A program made the translations under genes and the position numbers. A DNA stretch of 64,000 nucleotides from Candidatus Poribacteria bacterium (GTDB lineage Bacteria > Poribacteria > WGA-4E > PCPOR2b), in assembly GCA_965208675.1 (NCBI GenBank), contig OZ242351.1:448001-512000 (forward strand), read 5' to 3'. Every line of letters starts with the position of its first letter. Positions within the stretch are counted from its first letter, which is position 1. This document shows positions 63,683 through 64,000 of this stretch, in pieces. The notes under the pieces were generated by a model that was given only the letters and a program-made list of their open reading frames with translations, ran no database searches and had not been told where the DNA came from.

Positions 63683-64000
63683 AACGCCCGTCATATTTTG
63701 CCGGTTTTTGAAACCACATACCTACCACTGCGTAGACGATTACCACAAGACACAAGCAGGGCTAAGGTTAGGTTTAACCGTAAAAACCCAAGGATACATT
63801 GTGCGAGGGGTGTATGGAAATTCATTGCCATTTCAGTGTTCGCTGTTGCAAAAGCCATCTCTGGATAAGATCGTTTATTTTGTTAGGCTTAATCACCTTA
63901 GGTCTAGGTTGTTCAGAAACTGAAGATGTCAATAGGCCGTTTACGGAAGATGCCCTTGAGCCTATTGATGCTGAAAATGAAAATGACGGCATTGCGGCTA

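Overview
64 kb of a bacterial chromosome. I infer Candidatus Poribacteria or a relative from six PhyH-family dioxygenases, a secreted LamG protein ending in 'KIATTWARLK', a DUF6785-like membrane protein and HEAT/YCF48 repeat proteins; the taxonomy is not verified. The metabolic and housekeeping backbone comprises an S8 protease, gmd, a PEP-mutase/ICL-family enzyme, an FAD oxidase-aldolase-FGGY kinase operon, purB, a xanthine dehydrogenase-family triplet and an intein-containing mutS. Two defence islands interrupt it. Island 1 (~12.9-23.6 kb) holds a frameshifted Type IIG RM gene, an Avs-like nuclease-STAND ATPase, an AlbA_2/HATPase protein and a McrA-like HNH nuclease. It is enclosed by a 79-bp inverted repeat pair and further nested repeats, with no transposase inside. 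Island 2 (~50.2-60.1 kb) holds a Type III res pseudogene, a CPBP protease, an orphan HicB, SLATT/DUF4231, an intact mod, an OLD-like ATPase and a STAS-like protein. The most unusual feature is inside mod: a DUF559 (Vsr-like) endonuclease domain sits in frame between two 31-bp palindromic C6/G6 inverted repeats. It carries a 12-bp direct repeat spaced exactly 390 nt apart, and a solo copy of the repeat lies 2.4 kb upstream, which suggests a REP-flanked mobile nuclease cassette. An IS3-family element ends the window. All family assignments come from reading motifs, not from database searches.
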